Positions 40,146 through 51,245 of a stretch of DNA of 64,000 nucleotides are shown piece by piece (the stretch's first letter is position 1; every line of letters starts with the position of its first letter). The notes beneath the pieces are model-generated. The model was not told the DNA's origin, ran no database searches, and worked only from the letters and a program-made list of their open reading frames with translations. This DNA comes from Bacteroidales bacterium (lineage in GTDB: Bacteria > Bacteroidota > Bacteroidia > Bacteroidales > Lentimicrobiaceae). The position numbers were made by a program, and so were the translations under genes. The stretch lies in the NCBI GenBank assembly GCA_038317155.1, contig JBBQBC010000001.1:20531-84530 (forward strand), written 5' to 3'.

Positions 40146-40706
40146 TTAATTAATGCCAAAAATCAAAAACTTAAACCAGATTATCAAAATTACAATGCCG
40201 GTGATCAAACCGGAAAATCTGACTATTGGTTTGTATCCAAAAGTTTCACCGGCTTTTATACCGGCTGATGAAAACACCAAAACCGAAATAGCCGTAACAA
40301 TAACCGGCACTAACAATCCACTACCTGCCATACCCAATCCGATTCCCGCAAAAAAAGAACTGATACTAACTGCAAGCGAGAGTAGCAGCATAGTTCTGCT
40401 GTCATCCACTAGGATTACTTTTTCTTCCGGGTTAAATTTCAATGCTTCTATTACTGGTTTAATTCCAATAACCAATAGCAGCGACAGTCCTATCAGAAAA
40501 CTATAATCTGGTATCAACGAAGCAGCATACCACCCGGCACCTATTCCCAATGACAGCATCATGGTTCGCCCGGCTGTAAACATTAGCGGTAAGCTGATAT
40601 CTAATTTTACCGATAGTTTCTTGTGAAGGGCCCCTGTAAACCAGGATGTTGCAAAACTATCGGCAGCCATTGCCAGAACAATAACCACAATTTCGGTTTT
40701 TGACAA
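40146..40706 (-). CDS. MntP-like manganese efflux membrane protein
   Basis: LAMAADSFA and LAVSISSFFAGIG repeats, about 6 TM helices. Confidence 0.7.
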   Translation of the reverse strand: MSKTEIVVIVLAMAADSFATSWFTGALHKKLSVKLDISLPLMFTAGRTMMLSLGIGAGWYAASLIPDYSFLIGLSLLLVIGIKPVIEALKFNPEEKVILVDDSRTMLLLSLAVSISSFFAGIGLGMAGSGLLVPVIVTAISVLVFSSAGIKAGETFGYKPIVRFSGLITGIVILIIWFKFLIFGIN

Positions 40707-40895
40707 AACGCTTGTTTTTCAGGCTGCAAAATTAATGAATTTATAGACGTTGATTACAGGAATGGTATTCTTTTAAAATATTAACAATCAATTAATTATA
40801 ATTAATGAAGGGCTGCCTTCATTACTTTGGTATTAATTTCCGAATGGATAGATAGCGATTGATTATTTTTGCAACTACAAAACCAAAGCCATTTC

Positions 40896-42317
40896 ATGAG
40901 AAAAACAAAAATTATCGCAACCCTTGGACCCGCGTCCTCGTCGGTGGAAACACTCAGGAATCTTATGCTTGCCGGGGTAAATGTTTTTCGGCTGAATTTT
41001 TCGCATGGTTCCCATGAAGTTCATGCGGCTTCAGTTGCCAATATTACCCGGCTGAATGCCGAGATGGATCTGAATGTAGCTATTCTGGCTGACCTCTCCG
41101 GCCCAAAAATCCGGACAGGAATGGTTGAAGGCGATAGTTTGTTATTAAAACCGGGCGATTTTTTTATTATTACAACCCGTGATGAAGCGACTAAAGGAAA
41201 TACAATCAGTGTAAATTACAAAGATTTTGCTGCTGATGTGAAAGCAGGTGAGGATATTCTGCTTGATGACGGAAAACTGCTTTTGAGGGCGACAGCATCC
41301 AATGGGACAGATGAGGTTACAGCCAAAGTTGTGCAGGGCGGTTTGTTGTTTTCGCGCAAAGGGGTCAACCTGCCAAAAACAAAACTCGGGCTTCCGGGGC
41401 TATCTGAAAAGGATCTGAACGACCTGGAATTAATTGTTACGCTGAATATTCAATGGGTTGCTTTGTCTTTTGTCCGCACTGCTAACGACATCAGGGAACT
41501 TCGCAAAAAGTTGCAGGAACTCAGCAGCAGTGATCCTCCAAGGATTGTTGCCAAAATCGAGAAACCCGAAGCTGTGGATAATGCAGGCGAAATTATTTCA
41601 GTTTCAGATGCCATCATGGTTGCCCGTGGCGATCTTGGTGTTGAAATTCCTCAGGAGCAGGTCCCCGTAATACAAAAGAAACTTGTGCGTATGTGCGTTG
41701 CAGCATCTAAACCTGTTATCGTGGCAACGCAAATGATGGAAGGAATGATTTCGAATATGCGGCCCACCAGGGCTGAAGTGAATGATGTGGCCAATTCAGT
41801 TCTTGATGGTGCCGATGCATTGATGCTAAGCGGCGAAACCGCTGTTGGTAATTTCCCGGTTCAGACAGTTGAAACGATGAATCGGATTATTTCTGATGTG
41901 GAAGTCAGTGACATCTTTTACCCTGACATAAAACCTGATGAAGGTCCACGGGAGCGGAGAATTTCAGATTCGGTAATTTTGGCGGCCTGTAATCTTGCCA
42001 GGGAAGTTAATGCCCGCGCCCTGATAGCAATGACCTACACCGGTTATTCTGCATTCAGGCTTGCAGGGCACCGTACCGGAGCCGGGATTTATATTTTTTC
42101 AAACAACCGGAACCTTTTGTGTGCATTGAACCTTGTATGGGGAGTTACAGGAATTTATTCTGAGAAATTCAGTAATACAGATACAGCCATGCTCGAAATG
42201 CGTCAAACATTGATAACCAGGGGCTATATTACAACGGGTAATTATATCATCTACGTTTCAAGTATCCCTATCGGAAAACCCGGGAAAACCAATATGCTTA
42301 AGCTAAGCATTGTTTAA
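40896..42317 (+). CDS. pyk: pyruvate kinase
   Basis: RKTKIIATLGPAS, RLNFSHG, AKIEK, MVARGDLG, ATQMM, MLSGETAVG. Confidence 0.97.
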   Translation: MRKTKIIATLGPASSSVETLRNLMLAGVNVFRLNFSHGSHEVHAASVANITRLNAEMDLNVAILADLSGPKIRTGMVEGDSLLLKPGDFFIITTRDEATKGNTISVNYKDFAADVKAGEDILLDDGKLLLRATASNGTDEVTAKVVQGGLLFSRKGVNLPKTKLGLPGLSEKDLNDLELIVTLNIQWVALSFVRTANDIRELRKKLQELSSSDPPRIVAKIEKPEAVDNAGEIISVSDAIMVARGDLGVEIPQEQVPVIQKKLVRMCVAASKPVIVATQMMEGMISNMRPTRAEVNDVANSVLDGADALMLSGETAVGNFPVQTVETMNRIISDVEVSDIFYPDIKPDEGPRERRISDSVILAACNLAREVNARALIAMTYTGYSAFRLAGHRTGAGIYIFSNNRNLLCALNLVWGVTGIYSEKFSNTDTAMLEMRQTLITRGYITTGNYIIYVSSIPIGKPGKTNMLKLSIV

Positions 42318-43013
42318 CTACTTTACTGCACAGGCAATAGAGGCAACGCTGACTGAAATGCCCGGAACCCTGAACAATTCGTGACCTGCAGCTTCAAGGG
42401 TCGAGCCTGTGGTTATTACATCATCAACCAGCAGCACATGCTTTCCGGCTTGTCTGCCTAAATCATTAAGTCTGAAAATCTCCTTCACATTTTCCCATCG
42501 GTTGAACCTCGATTTACGTGTCTGCGTTTCTGAGGCATGGGCTCTTATAAGTGTGCCGGTGTCCAGTTCTATCTTCATGGATTCAGCCAATCCCCGGGCA
42601 AACCATTCAGCCTGATTATAGCCTCTTTTAGCCTGTTTGTGCGGATGAAGAGGAACGGGGATTACAGAAGTAACCGTATTAAATAAGGGCGATTTTAGCA
42701 GCTCTTTCCCATAAAGTTTCCCGATATGGGAGCCTATTTCCTTGTAGCCTTTGTATTTTAACTGGTGCACCAGGTGCTGAACCTTACTTCCTTTGGTGAA
42801 GTAATAGAATGAAGCGGCAGAAGAGAAGTTGATCTTTCCCCAGAATTGCCTTGCTACAGGGTTGTCTTCCTCAAAATGAAAATCGGTTTTTGGCAAATGA
42901 TAAACACAATAGAAGCATAGAGTCACTTCATTTTTCATCAGGCTGTTACCACACGCAAGACATATTCTTGGGAAAAACAGGGAAACAATATCGTTGCCTA
43001 AATGATTAAGCAT
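42318..43013 (-). CDS. ComF family phosphoribosyltransferase-like protein
   Basis: CLAC...CFYC, PVPLH...RGYNQ, LLVDDVITTGST. Confidence 0.9.
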   Translation of the reverse strand: MLNHLGNDIVSLFFPRICLACGNSLMKNEVTLCFYCVYHLPKTDFHFEEDNPVARQFWGKINFSSAASFYYFTKGSKVQHLVHQLKYKGYKEIGSHIGKLYGKELLKSPLFNTVTSVIPVPLHPHKQAKRGYNQAEWFARGLAESMKIELDTGTLIRAHASETQTRKSRFNRWENVKEIFRLNDLGRQAGKHVLLVDDVITTGSTLEAAGHELFRVPGISVSVASIACAVK

Positions 43014-43066
43014 GATGACCGGTATTTATTCTTTAAAGGTAGAGAATAAATGCTAAATATTATGCA

Positions 43067-43092
43067 AAAAAAAAGCTACCCGATCAGGTAGC
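43067..43092 (-). terminator. intrinsic terminator
   Basis: GCTACC / GGTAGC stem with an A-tract on the plus strand. Confidence 0.55.
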
Positions 43093-43115
43093 CTTCTTTC
43101 AGAAATTTTTTAGGA

Positions 43116-45242
43116 CTAAAAGAACAAAAGTCTGTTATCTTTAATTTCCGCCTTACGTTTTAATGCTTCGGCAGGTTCACGTTGCGCCCTGGTGCGGAAT
43201 GCATTGGTTAACATTCTTTTTTCAGGAGTCAGATCATCTTTGGGAGCGGCAGGGGTTATCTGCTCGGGAACCAGAATGAAAACACCCTGATTTCCTTTAA
43301 CCGGTTTAGACATCTGACCTGGTTTCAATGTAAACAAAGTGCCGATTACTTCGTCTTCTTTCCCATAACCAGGCAAATTCGAGTTGGCAAAAGCGACTTC
43401 ATTGGTATCTGCTTTCATACCAAGAGACAAATATCCCCTATCAATGTCAGCGATTGATTTGATGGTTTTATTTATGTCAGCAGTCAGCTTCTCGGCCTTT
43501 TTATCGCGTTTTACCATAGGCTCAATAAAATCTTTCAACTGCTCGAGGGTTGGAAGGCCTTTTTCACGGACTTCCTTCAAAGCAGCAACAAGGTAGCGGC
43601 CTTCAAGATCGAATACCTGCGAAACACCTCCCTTTTTAGTATCCTTATTATATGCCCAGATGATAATCTGCCTGGCATCGGTCAAGCCAGGGAGTGAATT
43701 CTGGTCAGCCCCGATACGTTCAGCCAGACGCTTGGAAAGCTTTTGCTCATCAATCAGTTTATTGAAGCCTTCAATATCCTTGGCAGATGAAGCAAACTGA
43801 CTGGCTATGGTATAAACATCCTGCATGGTTTTTGAGCTTGGCTCGATCATCCGTTTAACAATCGCAACACGAACTTTTTTGCTGGGTGCTGTTTTACCGG
43901 TGATTTTGATAATATGGAAACCAAACTGGGTTTCAACCAAAGTGATATCGCCTATTTTCCCATTGAGAACAGCAGTATTGAATGCAGGCACCATAGCACC
44001 ATCTGCAAACCATTTCAGATCACCATTCGATTTGGCCGCGGTTTTGTCATCGTTGATTGTACCAGCCAATTCCTCGAATTTTGCCGGGTTGGATTTAACC
44101 AATTTAAACACACTGTCTGCTTTTACTTTAGCCTGCTCTTTGGTGAGTTTTGTATCCGGATTTACTTTGGATTCCTTGTATGAAATCAGAATATGACTTG
44201 CCTTAAGTGAGTCAGGACGGGTTTGTACATCTAACAGTCGGGCCATCTGGAACATATTGTTTTCGATGAAAGGGGGATATGTGGTACCAATCGCAGAATT
44301 GAACATAAGTGAGTCCAGTTGGTAAGGCAGCTTCCCTTTTTTAATCCAGGTACTATCGTATCTTTCATCAGAAGTAGAATTAACAAACTGAGCCACATTC
44401 TCAGTATTCACGAATTCAGTGTATAGCTCCTGTACTTCCTTGCTAATTTTTTCGCGGTCTTCGTTCGAAGGTAAAACTTCAAAAGTTACATATTCGATAT
44501 CACGGGAGGCTTCCTGCTGGTATTTATATTTGTTATCAGCATAAAATTTCTCAAAATCCGCATCAGTCACCTTAACAAGGCTATCCGCAATGCTGGTATA
44601 TGGCGCAGCATAATAACGCACTTTTATACGTGTATTGCGGGCTTCGTAGTCGCGTTTCGCAAAAGCCTTTGGAACATAAAATCCCTTTGCAATAAGGTTG
44701 CGGTATTTGGTGCTGAGCCTGTCTTCTTTTATTGCCTTTTCAATCAGCAGATAGCGCTGTTTCATCTGCGGATCAACCTTATCGAGGTTTTGCAGGAAAT
44801 TAACAACGGTAGCCGGATCAAACTGACCTGATTGCGGGTCGCGGAAACTCTGAACAATATAGCTGTGTGGATTTTTCCCTCTGATCTGGTCATCCAACTC
44901 TTCGGTTGAAACAGTAAGTCCTAATTTATCTACCTGTTCAAGAAGAAGCGTTTCATTTACTACCTGGTCCCAGGTTTGCTGCCTTATCTGAAATTGCTCA
45001 TCAGCAGTCAGGTTTTCCTTGCCGGTATTAAGTTTCTGGGCTTCTGTATTTTCTTCAACACGCTGGTTAAAGTCAGTTCCCAGGATTTTTTCACCGTTTA
45101 TTTCTGCAAGGACATTATTACCCCTGCCTCCCTTAGGGCCACGATTTGAAAGGAAATCACCAAGTACAAACAGGGCGAGAGCAGCTCCAATAACTAATGT
45201 AAGTAGTCCGGAACGTTTACGAATATCTCCGATTAATGCCAT
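43116..45242 (-). CDS. PpiD-like periplasmic chaperone/PPIase (SurA N-terminal + rotamase)
   Basis: N-terminal TM, ASHILI, NGDLKWF...MVPAF, VETQFGFHII. Confidence 0.88.
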   Translation of the reverse strand: MALIGDIRKRSGLLTLVIGAALALFVLGDFLSNRGPKGGRGNNVLAEINGEKILGTDFNQRVEENTEAQKLNTGKENLTADEQFQIRQQTWDQVVNETLLLEQVDKLGLTVSTEELDDQIRGKNPHSYIVQSFRDPQSGQFDPATVVNFLQNLDKVDPQMKQRYLLIEKAIKEDRLSTKYRNLIAKGFYVPKAFAKRDYEARNTRIKVRYYAAPYTSIADSLVKVTDADFEKFYADNKYKYQQEASRDIEYVTFEVLPSNEDREKISKEVQELYTEFVNTENVAQFVNSTSDERYDSTWIKKGKLPYQLDSLMFNSAIGTTYPPFIENNMFQMARLLDVQTRPDSLKASHILISYKESKVNPDTKLTKEQAKVKADSVFKLVKSNPAKFEELAGTINDDKTAAKSNGDLKWFADGAMVPAFNTAVLNGKIGDITLVETQFGFHIIKITGKTAPSKKVRVAIVKRMIEPSSKTMQDVYTIASQFASSAKDIEGFNKLIDEQKLSKRLAERIGADQNSLPGLTDARQIIIWAYNKDTKKGGVSQVFDLEGRYLVAALKEVREKGLPTLEQLKDFIEPMVKRDKKAEKLTADINKTIKSIADIDRGYLSLGMKADTNEVAFANSNLPGYGKEDEVIGTLFTLKPGQMSKPVKGNQGVFILVPEQITPAAPKDDLTPEKRMLTNAFRTRAQREPAEALKRKAEIKDNRLLFF

Positions 45243-45265
45243 TTTATTTTTTTTATAAGAGGGTG

Positions 45266-45273
45266 CAAATTTA
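45266..45273 (-). promoter_or_regulatory. -7 promoter box
   Basis: TAAATTTG on the minus strand. Confidence 0.55.
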
Positions 45274-45382
45274 CAATAAAACTGATAGTATAAAAATAAA
45301 ATTGGTCATCCGGAGCCTTTTTTATCCCCTTTTCTAAAAATCTGTTCAATTCCGGTATCCATTATTTCAGTTACTTATCTTT

Positions 45383-46651
45383 TCAGGACGGATTTAACCT
45401 GAGCAGTACCTGTTCAATGCGGGTGTCGGTTGCCTGAACGATGGTGAACAGAAACCCTTCAATCATAATCTCATCGTTTTTAACCGGAATACTTTCATGA
45501 TGGTGAATGATATAGCCGGCAAGGGTTTCGTAATCATCAGATTCTTTAAGTTTTAATCCGTATTTTTGGTTCAGGTAGTCAATTTCAAGCCTGCCCGATA
45601 AAAGGAATTCATTTTCATCAAGTTGTTGCTCAATAAATTCTTCAACATCGAATTCGTCATCAATTTCACCAAAAATTTCCTCGATCACGTCTTCAATGGT
45701 GAGCATTCCGGCGGTGCCACCAAACTCATCTACCACCAGAGCGACACTTTTTCGTTCTGCAATGAAAAGATTCAGCAGTTTATTGGCCGGCATTGTTTCG
45801 GGAACAATCATTACAGGTTTAATAATTTCCGATATAGAGGCCGGTTTCCTGAAAAGGTCGTACAAATGGGTATAGCCGATGATGTTGTCGATGGAATCCT
45901 GATAGACAGGAATTTTGGAATGGCCTGTTTCTATAAAAAAGCTTCCCAGTACTTCGATGCTTTCGGTCGATTTGATTGCAATAATCTCATTACGTGGAAC
46001 CATGCACTCCCGAAGCTTAATGTTATTCAGGTCCCTGACATTCTGAATCATTTGTATTTCCTGAAAGTCCTCCCCTTCTTCCGTTTGAATGGAAGTTGAT
46101 TCCTTCAGATAATAATCCAGGTCGATTGCACTGAACGTATAATCGGGCCGTGAAACATTAACTCTGAAAACAAACATGAGTATTATTTCGGAAAGTCCAA
46201 TGAATAAAAGGACAATTGGGTATATCAAAACATAAATAATGTAAACGGGAATAGCAAAAAAGCTAAGTACCTTATTCGGATTGATCCTGAAAAGAACTTT
46301 AGGGAGAAATTCGGCGAAAATAAGGATAACAAGGGTGGAAATTATAGTCTGAAGAATCAGCAACAGAAATTCCGAGCCCGGGCCTTCAGGTAAAATGTTT
46401 CGTAAGGGGCTGTCTAGCAGGCGTACCGAATAAATACCATATATAACGAGGGCAATATTGTTGCATAATAGCAATGCTGCTATAAAGTGGGATTGCTTCC
46501 TGACCAGAATCGATAATATTTTTGCCGGAAGCAGATCTTTGTTCTTGTCAACTTCAATTTTAAGTTTGTTGGAAGATACAAATGCAATTTCCATTCCCGA
46601 AAAGAAGGCCGAGAATATGAGCATAAGTCCTATTGGAATAAGTAAGTTCAT
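45383..46651 (-). CDS. CNNM/CBS/CorC_HlyC family membrane protein
   Basis: AFFSGMEIAF, EFLPK, MVPR, GHSKIPVY, VVDEFGGTAG, TIEDVIEEIFGEI. Confidence 0.9.
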   Translation of the reverse strand: MNLLIPIGLMLIFSAFFSGMEIAFVSSNKLKIEVDKNKDLLPAKILSILVRKQSHFIAALLLCNNIALVIYGIYSVRLLDSPLRNILPEGPGSEFLLLILQTIISTLVILIFAEFLPKVLFRINPNKVLSFFAIPVYIIYVLIYPIVLLFIGLSEIILMFVFRVNVSRPDYTFSAIDLDYYLKESTSIQTEEGEDFQEIQMIQNVRDLNNIKLRECMVPRNEIIAIKSTESIEVLGSFFIETGHSKIPVYQDSIDNIIGYTHLYDLFRKPASISEIIKPVMIVPETMPANKLLNLFIAERKSVALVVDEFGGTAGMLTIEDVIEEIFGEIDDEFDVEEFIEQQLDENEFLLSGRLEIDYLNQKYGLKLKESDDYETLAGYIIHHHESIPVKNDEIMIEGFLFTIVQATDTRIEQVLLRLNPS

Positions 46652-46823
46652 CCGGGTTTTAAATCAAATCTATTGCATGCATAACACAATTGAGGCAGGG
46701 AATGGTTCAATATTCAACTAAAGCCAACAAAGTTGTCTATGCAATCAGTCCATTTTTAAACCTCCGACACAAAAGAGTCTATTTGAATACAAATATAATC
46801 GAGTTTGAAATATCGGGCCACTA

Positions 46824-47408
46824 TTACTTTTCGTTAACGTACATTTCTCCCCTGGGTTTTCTGATGGTCCAGCGTTCAAATTTCTCATCCGACTCCATCC
46901 CTTCACCATAAATAATTTTATCAGGGGTAGTTATGGTTACAAACTTGTCAGAGTAAACTTTCCGGGTATTTTTATCCCAGATCAATTGTTCGGTATTAAG
47001 TTTTTCGCCTTTCAGATGATTTATAACCACTACGTTTGATTTGGCTTCCATTATGCGCTTACTTTCATTGTCAACCCCATATTCAGCAGTTATTTCTGTC
47101 CTGACTTTATCGGGTTGCAGTGAATCATAGAAGACTACCCTGAAGCCTTCCGGAAATAGGGTACTGGATCCTTTTTCAGGCGATTCATACCGCTGCAATA
47201 GGGTGGCTGTCAAGGTGTATTTAATTCTGCCCATCTCGCTTTCAGCGATTGAAACATTATGGGCATACATCGTTGGGGTAGTGTCAGGCGGGTTAACCCT
47301 GTTTACTTCCTCCAGATCATTGTTACAACTCAAAAGCGTTGCCATACTCACTATGGCAACGCTTTTGAGAAAGGAGTTGATCAGGTTGATTTCATGCTTT
47401 TCTTTCAC
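46824..47408 (-). CDS. lptC: LPS export protein LptC-like lipoprotein
   Basis: Lipobox LSC, LNTEQLIWD, VYSDKFVTI; conserved Bacteroidota position. Confidence 0.8.
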   Translation of the reverse strand: MKEKHEINLINSFLKSVAIVSMATLLSCNNDLEEVNRVNPPDTTPTMYAHNVSIAESEMGRIKYTLTATLLQRYESPEKGSSTLFPEGFRVVFYDSLQPDKVRTEITAEYGVDNESKRIMEAKSNVVVINHLKGEKLNTEQLIWDKNTRKVYSDKFVTITTPDKIIYGEGMESDEKFERWTIRKPRGEMYVNEK

Positions 47409-47423
47409 CGGCAGGTCTTAAAA

Positions 47424-48785
47424 TTACTTAATGCCCCTGATAGTGGTTGATTCATTAATCCAGCATCCTACGGTGTAGGAATTACCATCAATCATATCAC
47501 GGAAAAACAAATCACCTGAAGCCGGGAAGTGTTTTGAAAACTGGGCAATTTTCGAATTAGCCTCACCTTCAACTGAAGAATCAACACTGCGGGCTTTCTG
47601 GTATTTATCAACTGCAACCCAATAAACTGTACTGCCACTTAAATCATCACTTGTACACATGGATGCGCTTGCAGCGTATAGGTCACCAATAAGCATGTAG
47701 GCTTTCCCGTAATTCGGATTTAGTTGCAATATTTTCTGGGCATTGGCTCTTGCCTGAGAGAAATTTCGCTGACTATAATTGATGTTGGCTAACACTTCGT
47801 ATGCTTTAATTTTATCAGCATTGTCTTCGAACAAATCGGCTGCCTGCTGCATATATTCAGCAGCTTTGCTCATTTGGTCCTTCTGAAGACTGAGTTTGCC
47901 CATCAGATAGGCCGACTGGGCACTGGGCTGAAGTTTATGCAACTTTTCAGTAGCTTGAAAGAAAAGATCCTCTTTAGTACATTCCTTGCGCTCCAGAATG
48001 TTGGTAATTTTCTTTAATAATTCAATATCATCAGGGCTTTCAGCAAATTTCTTTGAATACATGCTGACCAGATCAGGACAGGTTGCATAGGGTTCAAAGG
48101 TGGATTCTATGTTACCCTTAATGTTTTCCCACGATGCCAGTTTTTCAGGATTGGCGGCATTTTCTTTGAGATTGAAATCTATAATTTGTGAAATCTGATC
48201 GTAACCATCTACAATAGCTGATTTGTCAATTTTCTGGAGATCCACTGCCATTGCAATAATGCTTCTGAAATAGTAAACCAGTGGGGAGCCTTCAGATTTG
48301 TTGCCGGTAAGTTCAACGGATTTTTTCAGAATCTGGTAGATCTTCTCGCTCTTTTCCGGACGGTAAGTATAGAGATCGTATCCTTTTCGGCCAAGCACAT
48401 AACCTTCACGGCCAAAATAAGTAATCCGCTGGTCGTAAACCATCATCAGGGTATCAATGAGCAAATCGCGTTTGGCAGGATCTTTAGCTTCGTCGATCCT
48501 GGCACTAACCATTTTTGCTCCGTCAATATAAACATTCTGGCTCGACAGCGGACCGTTGGCAAAAACCCATTTCCAATGCGGATAAGCATCCTTATAGTTT
48601 TTCTGCTTAAAAAATTCGCGGTAGAGTGATAAATGCATCACACAAGCAGCTGAATCTTTACCGTATTTCGGACCCTTGATATTTCCATTAACAATACTGT
48701 CATCATTGTCCTGCGCAAATACAATACTAAATGGAAGCAGGCCTATCATCAACAGGAAAAAAACCGCTTTTTTGCCCTTTTTCAT
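47424..48785 (-). CDS. TPR-repeat exported protein
   Basis: Signal peptide, TPR-like helices, C-terminal VGCWINESTTIR. Confidence 0.8.
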   Translation of the reverse strand: MKKGKKAVFFLLMIGLLPFSIVFAQDNDDSIVNGNIKGPKYGKDSAACVMHLSLYREFFKQKNYKDAYPHWKWVFANGPLSSQNVYIDGAKMVSARIDEAKDPAKRDLLIDTLMMVYDQRITYFGREGYVLGRKGYDLYTYRPEKSEKIYQILKKSVELTGNKSEGSPLVYYFRSIIAMAVDLQKIDKSAIVDGYDQISQIIDFNLKENAANPEKLASWENIKGNIESTFEPYATCPDLVSMYSKKFAESPDDIELLKKITNILERKECTKEDLFFQATEKLHKLQPSAQSAYLMGKLSLQKDQMSKAAEYMQQAADLFEDNADKIKAYEVLANINYSQRNFSQARANAQKILQLNPNYGKAYMLIGDLYAASASMCTSDDLSGSTVYWVAVDKYQKARSVDSSVEGEANSKIAQFSKHFPASGDLFFRDMIDGNSYTVGCWINESTTIRGIK

Positions 48786-48814
48786 AGTGATTCGTTTTTT
48801 TTGGTTAACATAAT

Positions 48815-50101
48815 TTAATCGTACTTCCTGATAATAAACCAACGTTCGAAAATTGAAAGCCCGAGTGTAAATTTAACGAAATTTTCTTTTATCAGATTGT
48901 CGGTTGTTGTACCCCGTGTTCCAAGTTCAGCCGCAAAGTTAATAGTTGATCTTGTCCGTGGCAATGGCAACCCCACACCAATACTTATGCCAAACTCATT
49001 AATTCTGTTTCCGCGAAGTTCGAGATAACTTTGCGAGTACCTGACACCACCCCTGTAAGTAACTCTTTTCCAGTAACTTGATATAGTCGAAGCAGAAGGA
49101 TTAAACGAACCGCCGAGTGAAACGCGCAAATTGTTTTTTAAAGAGTCGGAAATCCCGAAGTATGAGTATTTTTCCCATTGCTGCCACTGAATATCAGCGC
49201 CGGCAAGCCATTTATCGGTTTTGCCAAGCGAAAATCCAAACCCGAGGTTTGTTGGCAGTAAGATATTGCCTTTGACGACTGCATCGTTAAGAATGGTATC
49301 TCTTACCAGGTCAACGCCCGTACTGCTTTTAAAATACGAATACCCAAGTCTGCTTTCTGAAACACTGATTTTCTGGTTATTGCTGAATGAAAGACCAGCA
49401 TTGTACTGCATACCACTCTTAAGTTCTTTGTGATAAAACAATCCATAATTCATATAAATATCACGAACCTGAGCAGAGTTTTGCACTTTATAATTTAGTT
49501 TAAAAATGGAATCGGGGAATTCATCTGCCCTTAATTTGCTAATTGTACCAAACAGGTATGAAAGATTAAACCCTACACTAAAGTTTCGGGTGAGTGAGAA
49601 GCTGTTTCCAAGATAAAACTGATTTATACCACCATTGCCCTCGTAAAGGAAATTGGTTTTCCCGGCATTTTCATCAATTTTGCTGTCAAGCATTTTGTAC
49701 CCCACCATGCTGTAGGGCAATAAACCGAAACTACTTTTCCACCATCTGGCTACCGGAAAACCGAAAAGCAGGTTACCCAGTGAAGTATAGTTAGCTTTTT
49801 GTGACACATCCTGGGTTATCAGTTTCGACTGCCGGGTATGCACACTGATATCAAAAATGAACGAAAGTGAATCAAACGCGGCATAAGAAGCAGGATTGGA
49901 AGTGTTTACAAAGTAAGGGGAATAGATTCCGTATGAGATACCCCCCATAGCCATTGTGTAAACTCCGTTGTTGGTGAGCAGGTCACCGATGCCAAATCTG
50001 GAATATGGCGAACTGATCCGGCTTTGGGCGGAAAGTTGACTGCAAAAAGAACAGAATGCCAGAACTACCAGTAGTTTCGTTAAGATGTTTTTACTTTTCA
50101 A
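48815..50101 (-). CDS. outer-membrane beta-barrel protein (FadL-like)
   Basis: SPYSRFGIG, MGG...NPAS, ERWF...KYD. Confidence 0.75.
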   Translation of the reverse strand: MKSKNILTKLLVVLAFCSFCSQLSAQSRISSPYSRFGIGDLLTNNGVYTMAMGGISYGIYSPYFVNTSNPASYAAFDSLSFIFDISVHTRQSKLITQDVSQKANYTSLGNLLFGFPVARWWKSSFGLLPYSMVGYKMLDSKIDENAGKTNFLYEGNGGINQFYLGNSFSLTRNFSVGFNLSYLFGTISKLRADEFPDSIFKLNYKVQNSAQVRDIYMNYGLFYHKELKSGMQYNAGLSFSNNQKISVSESRLGYSYFKSSTGVDLVRDTILNDAVVKGNILLPTNLGFGFSLGKTDKWLAGADIQWQQWEKYSYFGISDSLKNNLRVSLGGSFNPSASTISSYWKRVTYRGGVRYSQSYLELRGNRINEFGISIGVGLPLPRTRSTINFAAELGTRGTTTDNLIKENFVKFTLGLSIFERWFIIRKYD

Positions 50102-50837
50102 GGTTATAGTCGAGTATTAGTTTTAAACCGGTAAGAACCAGGTTAGGGGATGCAAAGATGGTATTTTTCAGGATTTTTTCAAAATATTTGGTATCCCCTC
50201 CTGTGAGAATAACCTGAATTGAAGGCCACAAAAGGCTGTATTGGTCAATTATTCCATCTATTTCGGTACGTAATCCATTGATTACACCCGACAAAATTGA
50301 TTCATGGGTAGTGCACCCCGTCAGGAAGCTGATCTCTTCAGTTTGCAATAACGGAAGCCGGCTGGTAAAAGTATGCAGGGCCCTGAAGCGCATTGAAAGT
50401 CCGGGTGAGATGCTGCCCCCGGAATACTCTCCCTTGTGATTTATAAAATCATAAGTTACGGCTGTACCAGCATCAATTACCAACAGATTCTGACCAGGAT
50501 ATAAATTGTAAGCCCCTGCAACTGCTGCGAGCCTGTCTCTGCCAAGGGTTTCCGGAGTCTTATACTTGTTTATAACCGGCAATGGGGTCTCGTAATCCAG
50601 AATTATCCATTTTAAATCCGGAAAAAGGGCAGTGTAAAGAGCCGGGTTTTCGGCCACCGAGCATATAATTCCAGCAATAATGGGTAGTTTATGGAGTCCC
50701 AATTGATATATTTTCTCAGGGGTCGGGTCTTCGATTGAGTGCACAACGGTCAGATCATCACATCTGTAAACGGCCACTTTTGCCCTTGAATTACCAAGGT
50801 CAATAACGAGTTTATAAGGCTCCTGATCAGGATTCAT
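50091..50837 (-). CDS. coaX: type III pantothenate kinase
   Basis: IDLGNS, TLGRDR, IDAGTAVT, GGSISPG, LTGGD. Confidence 0.93.
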   Translation of the reverse strand: MNPDQEPYKLVIDLGNSRAKVAVYRCDDLTVVHSIEDPTPEKIYQLGLHKLPIIAGIICSVAENPALYTALFPDLKWIILDYETPLPVINKYKTPETLGRDRLAAVAGAYNLYPGQNLLVIDAGTAVTYDFINHKGEYSGGSISPGLSMRFRALHTFTSRLPLLQTEEISFLTGCTTHESILSGVINGLRTEIDGIIDQYSLLWPSIQVILTGGDTKYFEKILKNTIFASPNLVLTGLKLILDYNLEK

Positions 50838-50971
50838 GCGTAGTCTGGTTATTTTTCAGTTTCAATCGGGCCAGAAGCCTCAAAAGATATTTGGGATTGC
50901 AAAAATATCTGATTTTCAGGGATGATTGAGAATATTTATTAAAATATTTGTTAAAATGGATTTTTCTTGTT

Positions 50972-50979
50972 TAACTTTG
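50972..50979 (+). promoter_or_regulatory. -7 promoter box of tRNA-Phe
   Basis: TAACTTTG, 13 nt before the tRNA. Confidence 0.6.
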
Positions 50980-50992
50980 CAACCGCTTAAGA

Positions 50993-51065
50993 GGTATCGT
51001 AGCTCAGTCGGTAGAGCAATGGACTGAAAATCCATGTGTCGCTGGTTCGATCCCGGCCGATACCA
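50993..51065 (+). tRNA. tRNA-Phe (GAA), CCA not encoded
   Basis: Acceptor stem GGTATCG/CGATACC, D-arm AGCTCAGTCGGTAGAGC, anticodon arm TGGA-CTGAAAA-TCCA, T-loop GGTTCGATCC. Confidence 0.97.
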
Positions 51066-51072
51066 CAAAAGG

Positions 51073-51101
51073 AACCGACAGTTAATTCTGCCGGTTTTTT
51101 T
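51073..51101 (+). terminator. terminator after the tRNA
   Basis: AACCGACAG / CTGCCGGTT imperfect stem followed by a T-tract. Confidence 0.55.
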
Positions 51102-51245
51102 ATTCCCTTAATTTTAGTCCTGGCTTATTTCTATAAGTTTCATTGCGAATAGATCCAGAAGTTAACTGACATAGAAAAGCTGCAACTTAAGTTGTAGCTT
51201 TTCTTTTTTAAGGAGTGGGGAATATTAAAGTCGTTTTTGTCAATG